Part shown: piece after piece, positions 53,031-56,146 of the stretch
Numbering within the stretch: the stretch's first letter is position 1
Layout: each line of letters begins with the position of its first letter
NCBI GenBank assembly: GCA_963755715.1
Contig: CAVWLW010000010.1
Coordinates: 1-56,146, forward strand
Length of the DNA: 56,146 nucleotides
Direction of reading: 5' to 3'
DNA from: an uncultured delta proteobacterium
Lineage (GTDB): Bacteria; Desulfobacterota; Binatia; UBA9968
Program-made: the position numbers and the translations under genes
The notes under the pieces: model-generated
Databases searched by the model: none
What the model was told of the DNA's origin: nothing
Seen by the model: the letters and a program-made list of their open reading frames with translations, nothing else

Positions 53031-56000
53031 ATGTCCAAATTCTTCATCGAGCACCCGATCCTTGCGAACGTGATTGCCATTATCACGATCCTCCTGGGCG
53101 CGGTTTGTCTGCTCCGATTGCCGGTTGCCGAGTATCCCGAAATCGTGCCGCCGACGATCCGCGTCAGCACGAACTATCCCGGCGCCAGCGCGGACGTGGT
53201 GGCGAGCACAGTGGGAATCCCCATCGAGCAAGGCGTCAACGGCGTTGAGAATTCGATCTACATGCAATCGACGAGCGGCAGCGACGGCAGCTACGCGCTC
53301 ACGCTGACCTTCGCCGTCGGCACTGATCTGAACGCTGCGGTCGCGCTAGTGCAGAATGCGGTGAACGGCGCTCTGTCGCAGCTGCCCCAGGAAGTTCAGA
53401 GCCAGGGCGTGAACGTTCAGAAGGTCAGTACCAATATTCTACTGATCGGCAGCCTGTATTCAGACGACGATCGGTTCGATGAAACCTTTTTGAGCAATTA
53501 CGCGATCATCAATTTACAGAGCCCGATCGCTCGTCTGCCCGGCGTCGGGCAGGTTCAAGTTCTTGGCGCCGGTCCTTATAGCATGCGGATCTGGCTCGAT
53601 CCGATCAAACTGAGAGCTTACGGTCTCACCGTATCGCAGGTGCAGAATGCGATTCAAAACCAAAACGTCCAAGTCGCCTCAGGACAGCTCGGCGGGCCGC
53701 CGGTGCCGGCGGACCAGGTTTTTCAATTCACCGTGACGACCCTGGGCCGACTCTCCGACGTTTCTCAGTTCGAGAATATCATTGTCAAAGTGCAGCCGCC
53801 GTCCGTCGAGACGAGCGGCAACACTAAATCCGGTGAGGTCAATCAGGCGGCGGCCATCGTGCGCATCAAGGATATTGCGAAAGTCGAGTTGAGCCAGGAG
53901 GCGTTTACTTCTTTTTCCGGCGTGAGCGGCAAAAAGGCCGCGCAGATGAACGTCTATACGCTGCCCGGCGCCAACGCGCTTAAGGTCGCGCAAGAAGTGC
54001 GCGCGTTGATGGCGCAAATGAGCCAGAAGTTTCCCCCCGGTCTCAAGTATACGGTGCTGCTCGATAGCTCGATGTTCATCAAAGATTCCATTCATGGCGT
54101 GTACATGGCGTTGATCGAGGCGGGGATTTTGGTGCTGATCGTGATCATGCTGTTCCTGCAGAACTTCCGCGCCATGTTGGTTCCCGCCACCACCGTACCG
54201 GTGACCATTGTCGGCGCGTTTGCGGCCATGGCGTTGCTCGGTTTCACGATCAATCTGATGACGCTGTTTGCGCTGATTTTGGCGATCGGCATTGTGGTGG
54301 ACGATGCGATTGTGATCGTCGAGAATACCTCGCGTTATATCGAGCAAGGGCTCACGCCCAAGGATGCGGCGATCAAGGCGATGAGCGAGCTTACCGGGCC
54401 GGTGCTGGGGATCACGCTGGTGCTGACGGCGGTGTTTTTGCCGGCGTCGTTTTTACCGGGGATCACCGGGCAGATGTTTCGGCAGTTTGCGCTGGTGATT
54501 GCCGTGACCCTGATCATCAGCGCATCAATGCGCGACGTTAAAGCCGACGCAATGCGCGCTTTATTTAAGGCCAGCGGTGAAGGATCGGCAAGTGAACTGG
54601 TTTTACCGCGGGTTTAATCGCGCCTACGGAGCGGTGGAAGGGCGGTATATCGGTCTGGTGCAGTGGATGGTAGACCGCCCGGGCAAAATGGCTGTCTTTT
54701 CTTTATCGTGGCGGGCAGCGCTGCAGTTATGTTTGCGCGCTATCCAACCGCGTTTCTTCCCACCGAAGACCAGGAATACCGCGTGCTCGTGGCACAGCTT
54801 CCTGCCGGCGCTTCGCAGCTGCGCGTACGCCAGGTCTCGGCCGATGTCGACGCTCTTCTCAAGAACGTGCCGGGCATCAAGGGATGGGTGACGAGCGGCG
54901 GATTCTCCGATCCCGATGCAGCCAATCTTTCCACGTCGTAACCAAGTACGTCATGTATAACGATTGGGATAAGCGTCCGGCGGACCTTTCGCAAAACAAG
55001 ATTGTCGCCGACTTGCGCAAGCGGCTTCAATCGATCCGTAAGGCGCAGTTCAATGTGCTGATTCCGCCTCCGGTGCCGGGCCTAGGTCAGGCAGGCGGTT
55101 TTCAAATGATGATCGAAGACCGCGCCGGCATGGGTCTGGGACAGCTCGAAAAAGCCATCCAGCAAATTATGCTGGCAGTGGACAAAGAACCCGGGCTGCA
55201 CGACGTCACGACAACGTTCAACTCGAAAAGCCCGCAAATACACCTGACGATCAATCGGACGATGGCCGAATCGCTGGGCTACGATCGAGGGCATCTTTCA
55301 AACTCTGCAAACGAGCCTGGGATCCACCTACGTGAACCTCTTCAATAAGTTTAACCAAAGCTTCCAGGTTCGGATTCAGGCGGACGCCGATTATCGCCGG
55401 CGCTTCGACGACATTGCGAACCTATATGAGGCCAACCGCTCCGGCCAGTTGGTGCCGCTCGGCGCTTTGCTTGAGGTCCGCCGCGTGCTCGGGTCGGAGC
55501 TTATCACTCGCTACAATCTCTATCCGGCGGCGCCGCTTATCGGAAGGCCGGCGCCCGGATTTAGCTCCGGCGAGGCGCTCGCCATCATGGAACAGATCGC
55601 AAACGACAACTTGCCATTGAATACGGGCAACGACTGGACGGGGCTTTCGTATCAGGAAAAGCTTATCGGCAACCAGGCTTACTTCATCTTCGCGCTCTCC
55701 ATCACGCTGGTATTTCTCGTACTGGCCGCACAATACGAAAGCTGGACCGCTCCCGCGGCAGTTGTTCTGACAGCGCCGATGGCCCTGTTGGGGTGATTAC
55801 CGCGCTGAAGATCCGCGGATTGCCAAGCGATCTCTATACTCAGATTGGTCTGGTGCTGATGATCGCGCTCGCCGCCAAGAATGCCATCCTGATTGTCGAG
55901 TTCGCGCGGGAGCTCAAAGCGCAGGGCATGACAACCGTGGATGCCGCGGTCGAAGCGACGCGCCGGCGCTTTCGGCCGATAGTGATGACTTCAATCGCGT

Positions 56001-56146
56001 TTATCTTGGGCGTCGTGCCTGCCCATGACGGCTTCCGGCGCCGCAGCTGCAAGCCAGCAGTCGCTGGGGACGGTGGTCTTTGGTGGGATGCTCGCTTCGA
56101 CGTTCCTCGCAATACCGTTCGTCTCCGCGTTTTACATCGTGATGGA
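53031..56146 (+). CDS. RND efflux permease (HAE1/AcrB-like), many frameshifts after ~54520, runs to window end
   Basis: [38 protein letters not shown]; later frames give [17 protein letters not shown] and RFRPIVMT. Confidence 0.92.

Noticed and set aside
54520-56146. Split or pseudogenised RND permease
   Set aside because: The fragments are collinear with a normal AcrB-like protein and the breaks follow the same end-of-window error pattern.

Overview
Bacterial chromosomal segment of roughly 55-60% GC (by eye). The gene content resembles Candidatus Binatia-like deltaproteobacterial MAGs (inference). Indels are dense near both window ends and sparse in the middle, which is most consistent with long-read or low-coverage error. 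Layout: (1) 1-6.9 kb, a minus-strand tandem array of at least six ABC_sub_bind-type substrate-binding protein (SBP) genes plus two orphan 3'-end fragments that bracket a Phd/YefM-RelE toxin-antitoxin pair. The array is headed by a predicted sigma-54 promoter (UAS-like palindrome, IHF site, -24/-12) directly downstream of an orphan NtrC-family activator. (2) 8.5-25.7 kb, DoxX, an MltD/LysM lytic transglycosylase with a sigma-54 consensus upstream, and a catabolic/scavenging cluster of orphan SBPs, a PqqC/CADD-like diiron protein, a tandem Rid protein, a GarR-like reductase with a duplicated 3' end, a flavin reductase, mirror-image amidohydrolase+SBP modules and several REP-like palindromes. (3) 25.8-38.3 kb, a stand-alone DGQHR (DndB/ParB-like) protein, a nitroreductase, an atypical 1043-aa GT51/PBP, queE and a double-length UvrA. 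(4) 38.4-56.1 kb, AraC, two PAS histidine kinases with FixJ-like and single-domain response regulators bracketed by a shared palindrome, OmpA-like and secreted proteins, and a tripartite RND efflux operon. No rRNA, tRNA, CRISPR array, integrase or transposase was recognised.
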